From: Lama glama
Lineage: Eukaryota
Length of the DNA stretch: 64,000 nucleotides
NCBI GenBank assembly: GCA_028534125.1
Contig: CM052817.1
Coordinates: 13,518,001-13,582,000 of the forward strand
Reading direction: 5' to 3'
Shown: one piece after another, positions 13,120 through 26,452 of the stretch
Layout of the letters: each line of letters begins with the position of its first letter
Position numbering within the stretch: position 1 is the stretch's first letter
The notes under the pieces: model-generated
Database searches by the model: none
What the model was told of the DNA's origin: nothing
What the model saw: only the letters and a program-made list of their open reading frames with translations
Position numbers and translations under genes: made by a program

Positions 13120-13460
13120 CCTCTGCTCTGGCAGGGTGATATTTCTAAAACATAAATCTGACCTATCCGGTGCATGTTCCCGTGGTGATCTCATCTAGCC
13201 TCATGGAGATAAACATGATTTAGATTTTGAGGTCACTGACACTTATTTCCCAGCCTAGCCCTCTCTCCCTGAACTCCAGACACATAGACGCTACTGCCTC
13301 TTCCCTAAGTCCCCGGATGGCTACAAGGCATCCTAAATCCCCACACAAGGTGGGGAATCTTCCTGTCCAGAGGTGGTCCTGATCTTCCTCTCCAAAGATG
13401 GTCCTCCTTCAATTTTTTAAAAATGTCTATTCATTCTCCTGATTGCTTAAACAAATAGAT
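13120..13460. mobile_element. L2 remnant
   Basis: ctctcccctgaactccagacacata...ctactgcct...ggatggctacaaggcatc. Confidence 0.6.
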
Positions 13461-13474
13461 CACAGTCACCTTTG

Positions 13475-13605
13475 AACAGGGACTGAGATACAGAGAGGCT
13501 AAGTGATATCTTCAAGTTCACGAGTAAGTGTGTAGTAGAGTCAAGATGTGAACCCAGGCAGTCTGACCCCAGAATCTATATTCTACACCTTTACACTAGG
13601 CTGCT
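13475..13605 (-). mobile_element. MIR fragment
   Basis: actgagatacagagaggctaagtga...tgaacccaggcagtctgaccccaga. Confidence 0.8.
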
Positions 13606-16600
13606 TCTCTATCTTATAAACCCCTCTGCATGGAATCTGGAATTTCACATGGCACCAGTATGACAAATATCAACTGCTCACCCTAGGGCAGGCTTGCTAG
13701 ATCAAATTAGAGTTACAAATTCTGGTTCTACCTGGTTGTCATACAAAAGAGCTGAAAATTCCCTTTGTTCAGGGCCAAGATTTTTTTTTTAATTTATTTT
13801 CACTGTCCTTGTTTTTTTAAAGACATTTTCTGTGTTCTTATTGGGATATTAGGCTGGGATTTTTGAGATGGAAACTCAAATGTGTCTGTAATAATTTCGT
13901 CTCAGCTACTAATTCGCTGTATAACCTTAGGAAGATCCTAAAGCTCTTGATGTTATGATCATTCTGCTCCAAAAAAATGCCATACATGCAATAGATGGTC
14001 CAGGCTCTGTAGTAAAAAGGTAGAAAAATAAATAACAAGTTACAGTGTCCTTTTACTGCCCGAGGGCAAAAGTCACATCTATTTCCTTACTATTCACTTT
14101 TCAAGAGTTTAGTGCAGTTCCATTTTCTGCAGAAACTTAATATGTGTGAATTGTTGATTGAGGATTTCATGATTTGGTGTGTGGTATGGACAAAGTGACT
14201 TAAAATTCCACAGGCAGTTTGGTGTAGTAGAAAGAACCTTGACTTGAGAGGCAGAAGACAAGGTCTGAAGGCAAAGAAGGCAGAGATTTCATTATTTCAT
14301 TGGCTATTTCATTGATTATTTGACTTTGGTACAACCTGCCATCACCTAGGTCAAGTCTTCAGTGTTTGTCTCTGCAAACTTTGGAGAAAGTGGGATTAAT
14401 TTTTCTCAAAGGTGTCTTGACAGAGCTCTGACTATGTAATTTACCTTCACCACAAAATCCAAAGTGTCCACATGGGACATTTTTGTTTGCGTTGGACCTT
14501 TTGGGTGGACGGACTCAGGAACTCAGTGTCAGTACCTACCACGTTAACACCTCCATTACACATGCTTTCTTTTAGACCTCTCCCCAGTATTGTGAGCAGA
14601 TAACATTATCCCCATTGACAAATAAGAAAGATGAAGTCCGGGGAGGTAAATTACCCAGTAAGTGTCACAGCTGGGATTGGAATCCAGGATGAGGTGGCTC
14701 TCAGTCCTTCACCTACAAACTGAAACACACGTCCTCCCTCCATCTCCAGTATAGTGATGCTCGGAAGAGGGCAGTGCAGGACGCTGCCTGAGATGGCCCC
14801 ACTTCAACACCACCTTCATCCAACTCTAGCAGAGCGCGCTATGATCAGCTGAAGAATATTCTACTCACATAAAACTCTAATTAATTAGGAAAATCTGGCA
14901 ATGAACTGCATGCTCCCATTCTGTTTTCAATAAATGTAATCTATCTAATAAATCAGTAGCACTTATTCGTGGTAATACAAAGTGTGATCAGTACCAGGCT
15001 TGCCTTCCATTAAGGAAGTAATATGGGGCTTCACGTGGCGCTCCAGGAGAAACCACGTCGGCATTATTAGCATTCGCTTCACTGCACAGATTACATGCTG
15101 CCTTGATTCCGCGGCTGACAAGCAGCAAATTGCTCAGTTATGTACGGTGGATTAAAATGTGTTTAATCTACTATTAGTTCCATGAAAAACTGTATTGCTC
15201 ACCCTACTTCTCATCACCATGGGCAACAATATGGGGACCTAAAATAATTACAGACCACAAGCTGTAAGAGTGAACCACAAAGAGACTAATCACATCTTTT
15301 CCTGCAATTTGTTTATTTCAAATAATGTTTAGTGAGTTTTTCTTTCCCCATGAAGAGCTCTGTATTGGACCACATTTTTGGTAAAATGACCCAAAATGGT
15401 TTTTAACTGCAGGAGCTACTGCTATTTACTTTCTTGGTGACAAGGCACTAAGTTACTGCCTGGAGTATTTTATGTTCTTCTTTCTCTAGATATTTCAACA
15501 AATATTCTTTATGATCACTGTTTTGGGACAAGAAAGGGCCTACTCTTTAGAAAGCTATGGAAAACTAAATACCTAGATAACTGCTGAAAGTTGAAGTGAT
15601 ATAACCAGGAACTATGCTGAGAGGTCCTAAAAAAAAAAAAATAGGAGAAAGCATCATTGCCCATTTATGCAAAGCTACTGCGAAAAAAATTGCTGAATAC
15701 TTTGCATCTGAGAAGTTAAGAACTAAATGTGATGGCAAAAAGCAATAATACCTCTTTTGGCCGATATTTTTGAAAAATCAAATTTTCTCTTTTCCTTAAT
15801 GTTGTGGAACCTATAATATATATTATATTGGTCATATTATACATTTGCATAAGAAACATGCATATTCCTTCAGAATTTTGTGAAGACTAATAGGTGATAC
15901 ATTAAAAATGAAAATAGAAATTTGTTTGCACATAGGCTTACCTACAGGGGTTTAAAATTCACACTGGAAAAAAATGGTTTTGCTTTTTTCCTTGTTGACC
16001 TATTTGTGTGCTTAAAAAATAAAGTCCCTTAGTTTGGATGATTTGTTGGTGATGTTTTAGCTCACTCTGTACATTTCTGTTTTTCAATCAAGGATCTTTG
16101 AACAATAGAAGGAAGGGGTTCAGAGGACAATGAATGAATTTTCCAGAGCAGCATTATCTATTTTAGTAAAATGGTCTTGCCATGTTGCTCAGTGGTTTTT
16201 TTTTTTAAGGTACACTTTCTTTTATTATTTATAGATTATATTGTTTAGAGTTTTCTGCATGGTGAGTAGGTGCTGCTATGACAAAATGACACTGACAAAA
16301 TGAAACTGAGAAAAATTCAAAACTATGTCTGAGTCCTGGTTCTGTCACCAAATAGCTTGTGATTCTGGGTCGCTCTTAAAAATGTGCTGCCCCCTTGTTT
16401 CCTCATTTCAGAAAATGTTAATATTTCTCTTGATGTGGCTTTGAAATGACATGACCCAATGTATGTGAAAGCATTTTAAGGTAATGTTTAATGCATACTG
16501 TCCATCAAGCTTTATTAACATATTAATCACACACCTCACTTGGTGGCACGACTCGCTCTTCTCCCTTTATGGTATTTCAGTGATGATTCTCAAAAGCTTT

Positions 16601-17309
16601 GTGGGTCATATTTTCCCCCTGACAACGCTCCAGCTTTGCCCTCACATTCCTGAAGTTTTCTATAACCTATTAACTCTGTTATATTTCTACCCATTCCTCT
16701 AACATGATATTTGGTATCATGTCAATTGGTCATTTATGCAAATTAATTTATATGGTGATTAACTTCCTCAGATTGACTCAAATAATAAGTCTTTTCTCAA
16801 AGTTGCCAGCCTCACTTACACTGAGGTTAACATGCTCACAAAATGGTGTTTTAAAATTATTTCTTAGGACTTTGCAGACAGATTTTTAGACTTGATATTT
16901 ATTTTGTAATTAACTTGTAAAGTATTTGAAGACAGAGAATGGCTTCCTTAATCTTTGCATCTCCTTGTTCCAAATTTTATTGCAGGCACATAGAGCCAGG
17001 GAAGCACCCTTGAACTAGGTGTTTGGTGAAGGTAGGGTGTGTCCTGGGCAGGGCTACCGGTCCTGGGATCCAAGAACACCTGGATGATAGCTTGTAAGGG
17101 GATCCAGAAACTAGATCTCCATAGAGATTTCACCTGAAAGAGTAGAACAGAGCTCAGAACCTAGGAGTGGAGGCCAGAGATAAGAGGGTTCTAAAGGGAA
17201 GAATTAGCCAGGAATTCCTTGAGGCTGAGATTTAGCTCTAGGGCCACTTGCAGAGTGCCCACAACCCTGCTCAAGGTTAAGGAGGGAGCTGTCTGAGGTG
17301 TCTTGAACA

Positions 17310-17960
17310 TATTAATTTATTCAAGCAACAAGTACCTATTTAAAACCTATGCTTTCCCAGGAAAAGTACTGGGTACGAGAATAAGTTGGTGACCCAACCA
17401 TCAGTGGCCCTGCCTTCATTAATATCCCATCCTATGGGGATTCAGAAAACAAGTGAGTTAATTTATTATTACAGATGATGGTAAGTGCTGAGAAAGGAAC
17501 AAACCAGGTGCAGTGATAGAGTGCATTTGGGAGTAGCGATCTGACCTACATAGCCACGTGATGCACAGACATGTGATCAAGGAGGCAAGATTTGAGATGT
17601 TATCGGAAGCATGAGGAGGAACCATACATACCAAATAGCAGGGAAAGTGTGTCCCAGGAAACAATACATGAAAAGGCTGTAATAGCAGAAAGAGCCAGAA
17701 GCTCTTTGCCACAAGTAATTATTTTTTTCAATGATGTAAAAAAAAAAAGTAACTTGTAGACAAGACTGTGGGGAGGAGAGGAGAAGGCAGCCCAAGGGAG
17801 GGTATGTTTTGAGCTCCCAACTCTCCCAGCCAAGCTGACGTCCCACCTCCACACTCCCTCTGGCAGGGTCAGCATCTGGTCATGTCTCTGGAGAGAACTT
17901 GTGCTTAGGAAACTGAAAGGAGCCCAACATGGCTACAACACAGAGAACGAGGGGTGCCTG
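17310..17960. mobile_element. L2 remnant carrying an unexplained internal insert
   Basis: atttattcaagcaacaagtacctattaaaacctatg (L2 3' end); gatggtaagtgctgagaaagga; ggaaactgaaaggagcccaacatggct. Confidence 0.6.
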
Positions 17961-18169
17961 ACGTAGCTGTCATTCCGTGAGTACTGTGTTGACTCCTAAC
18001 TGCGTCCCTGGACCTAACCAGGCACTTCTCTCCAGCATGGTTTGGATGCTGAGGCCTTTATTCAATTCTGTGAGCTGCCCTAGATCCTTCCAAAGACTTT
18101 TTTTTTTTAATTCTCCCATTAGCCAGGCTAGGGTTCTGTTGCTTACCATCTAAGAGCCCTAATGGAAAC

Positions 18170-19650
18170 AGACACTCCTCTGTCCTTATCTTGCTTTCTG
18201 ACTTGCCCGTTTAGCATCATTCAACACATTTCCTACTTCCTGGAGGATTATGGTCTTCAGGCTTATGTGGACCCATATTCTTGTGGCTTTATTCTCATAT
18301 CTCTGTGCTTCTTTTCAGGGTCTTTTTTGCTGTCTCTGCCTCATTTCCTTTACTGATCTTCTAAATGTCAAAATTCCTCACATCCCAAGGCTGAATCCTC
18401 CTCCTTTTTCTCTTTTCAGTCATTCTCAGTGGTTAAGACCATGGATTCTGAAGCCAGTATATGTTGGTTCATATTCCAAACTTGTAACCTCCTAGCTGTG
18501 TGACCTTGAGAAGGTCACTTAACCATTCTGTGCTTCAATTTCTTTATTTAAAAAGCTTACTTTATAGGGCTGCTGAGAGAATTAATTACCTCTAAAGTGT
18601 GTTGAACAGAGCTTGTTTCACTATATGTACTCAATACATGTTATTTTTACTCTAATTTTTAGTAATCATCCATTTTCATGACCCTACATACCACTTACAT
18701 GCTGATGACCCTTAAGTTTATATCTTAAGCCTAAAATACCCCTCTTAGCTCTATAATCATATATCTAACTACCGTAATTTATGAAACCTTACAAGACTAG
18801 CACAGGGAACAATATTCATTTTCTTGTAATAAGCTAAAATGGGAAAGAATCTGAAAATATATGTGTATGTGTGTATGTGTGTGTGTGTGTGTGTGTGTGT
18901 AATATGTGTATGTATGTGTATAACTGGATCACGTTGCTGTACACCTGAAACTAACATTGTAAATCAACAACACCTCAATAAAAAATAAAATTAAAAATAA
19001 AACAAAACAGAAAAACTTTATAAAACTAAATCTGAACTTCTGATCCCTGAGTCTTAACACTTCACTCAACGTTTTTCCTCCTGCTTTTCTGTGAAAAGGC
19101 TTCCATATCTGTTTATTTGCTTAAGTCAGAAAACTTGGAATCATCTGTATTGTTTCTCTTCCTCTCCTGGTCACTTTCAATCCATCAACAAATTTGGTCA
19201 TTTAAAAAATTTTCAAAATACAGATCAAATCATTTCATTCCTTTACATCTCAACTACCACAATTTTCAGTCCAATTTACCATCGCATTCTGGCCAGACTC
19301 CTGCAATATCTTCCTTACTGCTTTTCTCTTCTTCATTCTTCCTCCTTGACCAAACCCATTATCTGTCAAATAGTGTCTTAAAAACACAGGCCATGTCACT
19401 CCCCCTACTTAAATTATCAACGGCTTCTTGCCACACTTTGAGCCAAATCGAGCTCACATGGCTCTGTGTGACCTGCTCCATGCTCCCTCCTGGAGGATGT
19501 CACCTTATAAATCTCTCTCACTCTCTCCCATTTCTTGGCTTGGGACTTTCACATTTGCTGTTTCTTCAACTGGAAATAACTTTTTCCTTGCTTGTTTCAT
19601 GAGTGCTTCTCTCTTTAGGTCTGGCATAAAATACCCAGACTTATTATGAC
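18170..19650. mobile_element. L2 remnant interrupted by a MIR (about 18425-18645) and an L1 3' end
   Basis: Pyrimidine-rich L2 blocks (catgctgatgaccct, tcaatccatcaacaaatt, catgtcactcccctacttaaa); MIR core tagctgtgtgaccttgagaaggtcacttaacc. Confidence 0.65.
18798..19012 (+). mobile_element. L1 3' end, short, with internal (TG)n
   Basis: tagcacagggaac...gctgtacacctgaaactaacattgtaaatcaac...caataaaaa; degenerate TSD aaaccttacaagact / aaactttataaaact. Confidence 0.8.
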
Positions 19651-19658
19651 AGGCTTTG

Positions 19659-19720
19659 CGTATCAGTTAGGGCTGGCCTACAGAGAAACAGAACTGTGTG
19701 TGTGTGTGTGTGTGCGTGTG

Positions 19721-19759
<39 letters not shown>

Positions 19760-19760
19760 C

Positions 19761-19793
<33 letters not shown>

Positions 19794-20124
19794 TTGAGGA
19801 TTTTAAGGAATTGGTTCATGGGATTATGAGACTGGCAAGTCTAAAATCTGTAGGGGGCGCTGGTAGGCTGGAAACTCCGTGTTACAGTATTGAGGCACAA
19901 TTCTTTCTTTTCAGGGAAACCTCAAAATTTGTTCTTAAGGCCTTCAATGAATTGGACGAGGCGAACCATATTATCGAGGGTCATCTTCTTTACTCAAACT
20001 CAACTGACTGTAGATGTTAATCACACCTACAGAATAGGTTCACAGCCACATCTAGACTGGTGCTTGAATCAGCAACTGGGCACCATGGCCTAACCCCAGT
20101 CAACAGGTAAAATTCAACCATCAC
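19659..20124 (-). mobile_element. MLT2 (ERVL) LTR containing a compound (TG)n(AG)n microsatellite
   Basis: cagagaaacagaac, aaggaattggttcatg, cttaaggccttcaa, ending aaattcaaccatcac. Confidence 0.85.
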
Positions 20125-21339
20125 GACTTCTACTTCCTCTGTGCCCACATGAGCCTTGCTCACAGAGCTCTGTCCTTTCCTTCACTGAACGTACCACACT
20201 GTGCACTTAATTCTTTTTCCCTTCCTTATTAATTATGTACTTTCTATGCCAAACTCTAGTATCTCTGAGTAGAGGACAGTTCTCTCAGATTCATAAATCT
20301 ATATCCAAAATTAGCCAAGTACCTGGCATATGACGAGCATTCAGTACGTGATCGGCGCCCCGTACATGTTTGTGGGAAGAATTCACAACCAAGGGGAGCT
20401 TGACATGAGCGGTTTTGACTCAACCTCCTAACATTCTATGGGAGTTGGAATGTCATACATTAAGCATAACTCATTAGAATGTGCATAGATAAGGAAATTA
20501 CTGATTCTATCTCATTTTCTTTTTGACACATTTCTTTGTATTTCCCTCCAGTTAAATTATTCAGCACAGATTTAAAAGGATTTATAGTCTAACACAACTT
20601 AACTCAAATGTAGCATTGAAAAGACAAAGTTTTGGCAACTTATTTTATTTTAATGGAGATTTGACTGCCTGCCAGGGTCACGGGAATGACTGCCAGTTAG
20701 GCTCCTATTAATGAACACGCTGAAGCGGGATTGTGAAAAGATGCAAACGGATCTGACTTTATGGGACAGGTTCACTGCCAGCAGCTTGCGGTGATGAACG
20801 GTGCCCCAGATTTGTTGTTATTTTCAGCCACAAAACATCCAAAGTTGCACAGCAGCCTCTTTAAGGAACATGTAGTGAATTTGAAAATGTATTTATTGGG
20901 CTCCCAGTGATCTATTTATGTGAACCAATTAGTTCTTCCACAAAGAATGAGGGGGAGTAATGCCGGTAAAGTTGATTCACACAGCTTCACACAGCGGTCT
21001 TACCGCCACCCTGTGCCTGGGTCCTGGAATGTAAAGACTGGGTTCCAAGTACAGCAATTTGTATCAACAAACCTTTGGATGAAGCAGCTTTTGACCTTGT
21101 TCTGTATTCATTTCTTACACAGTGCTAAGGGAAGTAGGAAGTCCCAAAGTATTCAGAAGACAGAGACATTAATATTATTATTTTAAAAAATCTTGATCCT
21201 TCAAGGGATATGTGAGTTTGAAGTCAGCAGACATATATTGTTCTCAGACTAAAAAAAAAAAAAAAAAGTCTTAGGAGGATTAATTGAACTAACATAAGAA
21301 ATCGATAGGATTCTCCAGAAAAATTCAGTAGAAGGAGGC

Positions 21340-21745
21340 TTTACTGACTTCTGCAGACTGCTGGTTGTTCCCCTAACCCAGATTCTCCTTCTGTGAACAT
21401 ACCCTGCTGTCCAGACTACATTTCCTTGCTTCCCCGGGCAGCTCATGTGACTAGTGAGCCCATGAGATTTAAGTGAGTGATACACGTAACTTCTGTGTTC
21501 TCTCTAAATTAAGACAAGCTGCCCGCCCCGGTCCATAGTTCTTTCACCTTCCCTCAGGACATGAACGTGAGAGTGATCTGGTTTGCACAACGCGGATGGG
21601 CCAGCAGCCCAGCCAGCGGATGTGGGCAACGGGCTGGAAGGAATCTGGATCCCTGAGTGTCCTGATGGAGCAAAACTGCTCCATCAGACTGGGCCAACTC
21701 ACCTGTGATTTGAGAGAAAAATAAAATTTGATCTTACTTATAGGA
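21340..21745 (+). mobile_element. Old MaLR LTR (MLT1J-like)
   Basis: ccagactacatttcc, ggaaggaatctggatccctga, gagagaaaaataaaattt. Confidence 0.6.
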
Positions 21746-22139
21746 TTGTTGTGGATAAATGGATTAAAAAAAAATCAAGAAGATTTTAGAAGCACTTCCG
21801 GGGAATTTTTGCTTTCTGTAAGGATTGCTTTTATGTAAGTTGTTTTTTAAATCCACCTACATCTCTAGGTTGCATTTTATGTTTAAAACATCACCAACTA
21901 TGTTATTGCTTTTGATTTTCACAAAATCTCAGTAAGGAAATCATTATGAGAAATACTATGTCAGTTTCTCCAAGAATTCAAAAGGCAGAGTAAAATCAAG
22001 CCAAAATAAAGTGCACTATTTCCCAGTGTGTCCTTAGGGAAGGGTGTGGGCAAAGACAATTTACGAAAGCACTTCTAGACAGTAACATGAGTCAAAGGAG
22101 CAGGATGACAATGGTGCTAATGATAATAATGGTGATGGA

Positions 22140-22332
22140 AGAATAATAGCAGCTACACTCGGAGCGCTATCATGAGATGGGTTCTGAGCTCTGTGCTTCA
22201 CATTCATTATCTTTGCAAAGCATCCGTGAGATGCTGTGTTTCCAACTTTGCAGATGACATAAGTGAAGCTCCTGTATCTTGCCAAGTGGTAACCAGAACT
22301 AGAATCTAGTCACATTAACATTTTACTCCAGA
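22140..22332 (-). mobile_element. MIR
   Basis: ataatagcagctacact...gtgcttcacattcattatc...tttgcagatga. Confidence 0.65.
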
Positions 22333-22347
22333 ATAGGTACAGGTTTG

Positions 22348-23053
22348 TGTAGAGATGAGTTACCACTGCAGGAGTGAGACTCCTGTCCTTGGAAAGTTCT
22401 GCTTGCAAGGTGGGCCCTTGACTGATCTACTAGTCTATGGGCCCTTGACTGATCTACTAGTCTACTAGAGAGGTTGTAACAAAATGCCACAGACTGAGTA
22501 ATTTAAACAATGGAAATTTATTTTCTTACAGGTCTGGAGGCTGGCCGTCTAGGAGCCAGGGCTGGTTTCTCCTGGGGCCTCTCCCCTTGGTTTGCAGCTT
22601 TGGCTGCCTTCTCACTGCGTCCTCACACGGCCTCTCCTCTGTGCACACACATCCCTGGTGTCCCTCCTTCTTCTTATAAGGACTGTACTCCTGTTGGATT
22701 GGACCTCCCCTTTCTGACCCCACTGAACCTCCTGGAGGTCTGAATTTTGGTCCGTGCTAGACAGAGGGTGTCTACACGACTAGCCCCAATAAAAGCTGAG
22801 TGCCTAACGACCTTCCTTGGTAGACAACGTTTCTGCTGGGGAAACCGAACATATCCTGCGTGACTCCACTAGGAAAGGACTCATAAGTTTGCATCTGGCA
22901 TCCTCCAAGCATGGTCCCGTGCACCCTTTCCTTTTGCTGATTTTGCCGTGTATCCTTCCGCTGTAATAGATCAGAGCTGTGAACGTGACTGCACACGGTG
23001 TCCTGTGAGTCCTGCTAGCAAACCACCTGGGGAGTGACGTGGGACTTCCGACA
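22348..23053 (+). mobile_element. ERVL-class LTR (MER21/MER68-like) with an internal MLT1 fragment (about 22465-22732, minus strand)
   Basis: ctgcttgcaaggtgggcccttg; ccccaataaaa; gtgactccactagg; tcctgtgagtcctgctagcaaacc. MLT1 part: gtaacaaaatgccacagactg...ggaaatttattttcttac. Confidence 0.7.
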
Positions 23054-23585
23054 TAACTTTCCTCCTTGCCATTCTCTAGTTTGGTAGAGCAAAGAAGAAT
23101 GTCCAGCCTGTCCTGGAGAAGCAACAGCCCTTATGCCCACATCTGTTCTTCAGAACTCAGTGTGACAGCCCTGTGTGACTTCAGGAGAGGCTGAGAGAAT
23201 AGCCTTCCTATATACTTAAGAATAAAATAAAATTCAGTTTCCTCCAAATTTGTTACATTTAGATAATTCATATGAAGAATTTATTACACTCATTGAGAAA
23301 AAAACAAACAGGTTTAATAGGCAAAGCTGAGTTAAATATCCTGCATACACATTTTACTTAAAGAAAGTAAAATTTATTTTAAAATTTAGGCACTATAGAG
23401 ATGATGCAGGATGACTTTTATCTGTGATCAGGGTCTAGTACTTTAATTCCAAAATCAAGTACGGAGAGCGATACAATGAGCCAGACACCTGGAGTTAGAA
23501 GTGGGGAATGTCAAGGTGAATCAGGCCCAGAACATGGTTTTTAGGGAGCTCATAAATTCAACAGAAATGAGGGTCTTCAGTCCAC

Positions 23586-23676
23586 TTTTCTTTCTTTTTT
23601 TTTTTCCCTTGAGGGTTTTGTTTTGTTTTGTTTTGTTTTGTTTTGTTTTGTTTGTTTGTTCGTTTGTTTGTTTTTG
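23586..23676. repeat. T-rich / (TTTTG)n simple repeat
   Basis: Direct reading. Confidence 0.9.
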
Positions 23677-25639
23677 GTAGAGGGAGAGGAGGAGTGATGG
23701 CTAGTGGTGTGGGGAAGAGTTAGCCCTTCAGGGGTAAATCCCTCTTTGAATAAGGGCGGAGTGAGGGCAGGGTTTACACTCCTGCCTTCCCTAGTGGGGT
23801 TCCCAAGCAAACAAAGAGGATGCCAAGAGTTGGTGTGTCATCCCATCAGACCAAAGTGTCACAAAATAGGGACTTCTGGACCAACATGGGTATAATAGCT
23901 ATTGCAAAATAGAATTAAATGTTCATGATTAATTGCTCATTGTTAACTAAAAATAATTCATCTGTAGGATATGTGTCAAAAGAATCTCCCCCTGCCCCTG
24001 CCACATACATATGAATACATGCCCATAAAAATACCTATGAGAATAAAGAAGAAAGTTAAAAGTGGTTACCTCCAGCGAGGTGGAATGGGGAGTTGATTGT
24101 AGATATGACACTTACATATCTCGATTTATACCCCCAGTGTTATTTCAAATGTTTGGCATTGTACTTAGTTTGAAATAGATAAGAAATAGATAAACCAAGA
24201 AGCATCCAATTGCCACAGAATACATGTAGCATAAATTCATGCTTAAGGCAATGTAGTTCAAGATGGCATCACGGGTCTTCCTAATGCATTTTAGTTACCT
24301 TTGCACTTAGAAGAATGGGAGGAGAAAACCAAAGGGCAGTCACGTCTGTTTTCATACCCTGAACGAAAGGGATTGTGCAAAGCGTTTCTCATCATCTTCT
24401 CATCCACACCAGTAGTAATATCCTGAATCTTCAAAAGAGAATATGATGTCCTGCAAGGCTAAACTACCTGCTCAAGGTAAGAATGGCATTTGAGAGGTCT
24501 GAGCCCAGGAGAGCACCTGTGATTTGCCAGAACTTGGGAGTCAGAAGGGCAGCCATGTTTATCTGCTTAGACCTGTAGACAACCTTCTCTTCAGAGAGTC
24601 TTGCTTCTTGGAAATCTGACAGAGAACTCTGCTAAGGCATAGGAAATAACATTTTAACTCCGTTCTTATACCTTGATTCTAAAGTACATCAGTAATACTT
24701 CGCACTTAAGGAAGATCTTTTATCTGAGTCTTTCAAGAGTGGAACAAAACCAATTATTACCCACCTCCCTTCATGGTTGGAAAGGAAGCTCTTAATCCCT
24801 AATTTGCTGACAGGGAAGCAGAAGCTGCCTGGGGTGAAGTGATTTACTGAAGGTCACACAATCAGTCTATAAGAGCCTCAAGAGTAACTCGGAAGGCTCA
24901 TGACAAAAGAGAAATTGCCTTCTACAATTAGCAGCTTATTTCTCGATCCTAACCACCTTATCCACTCTTTCCCATGCATGTGCTAAACTCCCCGCCTCTC
25001 CCTCCCCACCGTAAGTGAGATTTAGAGCTTTCTATGTACACGTGCTTTGTCAAAAGTGTAGATCCCTATAATTTCAACCTCAGTTCCCTTTGTCTATTTT
25101 TAAAGTATAGAAGTTCTCAAGCACTTTGAGCAGGGTAGAGAAGCCTTATCAAAGAACTCTCATCTCAGGCTGATTCCTTTGGCCATAACATCAAATCTCT
25201 TGCAGAAATCAAGGAACAGGTTGGTGCCACTTTGGGTAAAATCCCTAAGGAGATGTCTGGATTGCAGGCACAACCCTAAGGGTGGGATCATGTGCTTGAA
25301 ATATGACTTCAGACCAAATTTAGCAGCTTTACTCCACAGAGGTGGCTGCCTCCTCACTAACAGCCGCTGTGATGGACACCTCTGGTGATGCCCGGTATGT
25401 CACACCCTCCTTAATCGGGGATGAGCAAGCGAAAGAGTAGGAGACTAACTAATGAAATGACTTCCCTGATGCTAAAGCTGTTTGCTGATTCATTCTGACT
25501 CAAAATGTTTGCAACTTGTTTTTCTCTTTTCTCTGACAAACCCCCATCACTGCTTCACCTGCTCAACTGCTTTTGTGCTAAACAGCCCCCAACCTTTCCA
25601 TTACACTCCTCACTCCATATGCATTCTTTACCCAGAATA

Positions 25640-25997
25640 GCTTATCTTTTAACCCAGAAGCTGGGCTCCAGGAAGGTGGTCATGGGCTGAGAGCCTCAGA
25701 AGAATGAATAGACCCGCCAGAGTTTCTCTGGGATGCCAGGTGGATTCACAAAGATTAAGAAGAAAACAGCACCCCTGAAAATGCCCTGATTGCTGTCGCC
25801 GTTTTGTTCTATCCCATTTTTCTATAAAATCTCTAGACTCCAACCACAAGATGGATTCACAGCCTCTAAGGCATTCGCCTGTGTGACTCCCCTTTGCCTG
25901 GCAAAGCAATAAAGCTGTTCTTTTCTAATTCTCCCCAAACTCTGCCTCCAAGTCTCAATTCTATTATTAGGGTACAGAGGCCAGTTTTTCAGCAACA
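25640..25997 (+). mobile_element. ERV1-type solo LTR (5' boundary uncertain)
   Basis: TATAAAA at 25823, AATAAA at 25908 in cctggcaaagcaataaagct context, terminal ...tttcagcaaca. Confidence 0.7.
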
Positions 25998-26452
25998 CAA
26001 GGGTGATGGGAGGTGTTAGGCACATAATTAAGTTACATTATATAAGTCTCTGTTTTGCAGAGTAGAGAGACTCTCTCTTGCTGACTTTGAGGAAGTGAGC
26101 TTCCATGTTAAGTGTCTGTAAGAAGGCCATTGGCAAGGGACAATGGGCAGCCTCTGGGAGATGAGTGGCCCCAGGTTGACAGCTAGCAAATGAATGGGGA
26201 TCTCAGAAATACAGCCACAAGGAAATGAAGTCTGCCAACACCCCCTTGAGCTTGGAAGGGGACCCCAGAATCCAGAAAGAAATGCAGCCTAACCAATCCC
26301 CGAATTGTAGCCTTACGAGGCCCCATGCAGAGGACTCATTTAAGTCATTTCTGGACTCCTGAGCTTCCAAACTGTGAGATAATGAATGTGCGTGCTTTTT
26401 TTACATCATTAAATATGTGGTGATTTGCTACATCCAAAAGAAAACTAATACA
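25998..26452 (+). mobile_element. MaLR LTR (MLT1D/E-like), 3' part
   Basis: ctttgaggaagtgagc, gacagctagcaa, aaggaaatgaagtctgccaaca, aaactgtgagataat, aaaactaataca. Confidence 0.8.

Noticed and set aside
19117..19602. 161-aa plus-strand ORF
   Set aside because: It lies in a pyrimidine-rich L2 remnant; the Ser/Leu-rich composition is typical of a chance ORF.
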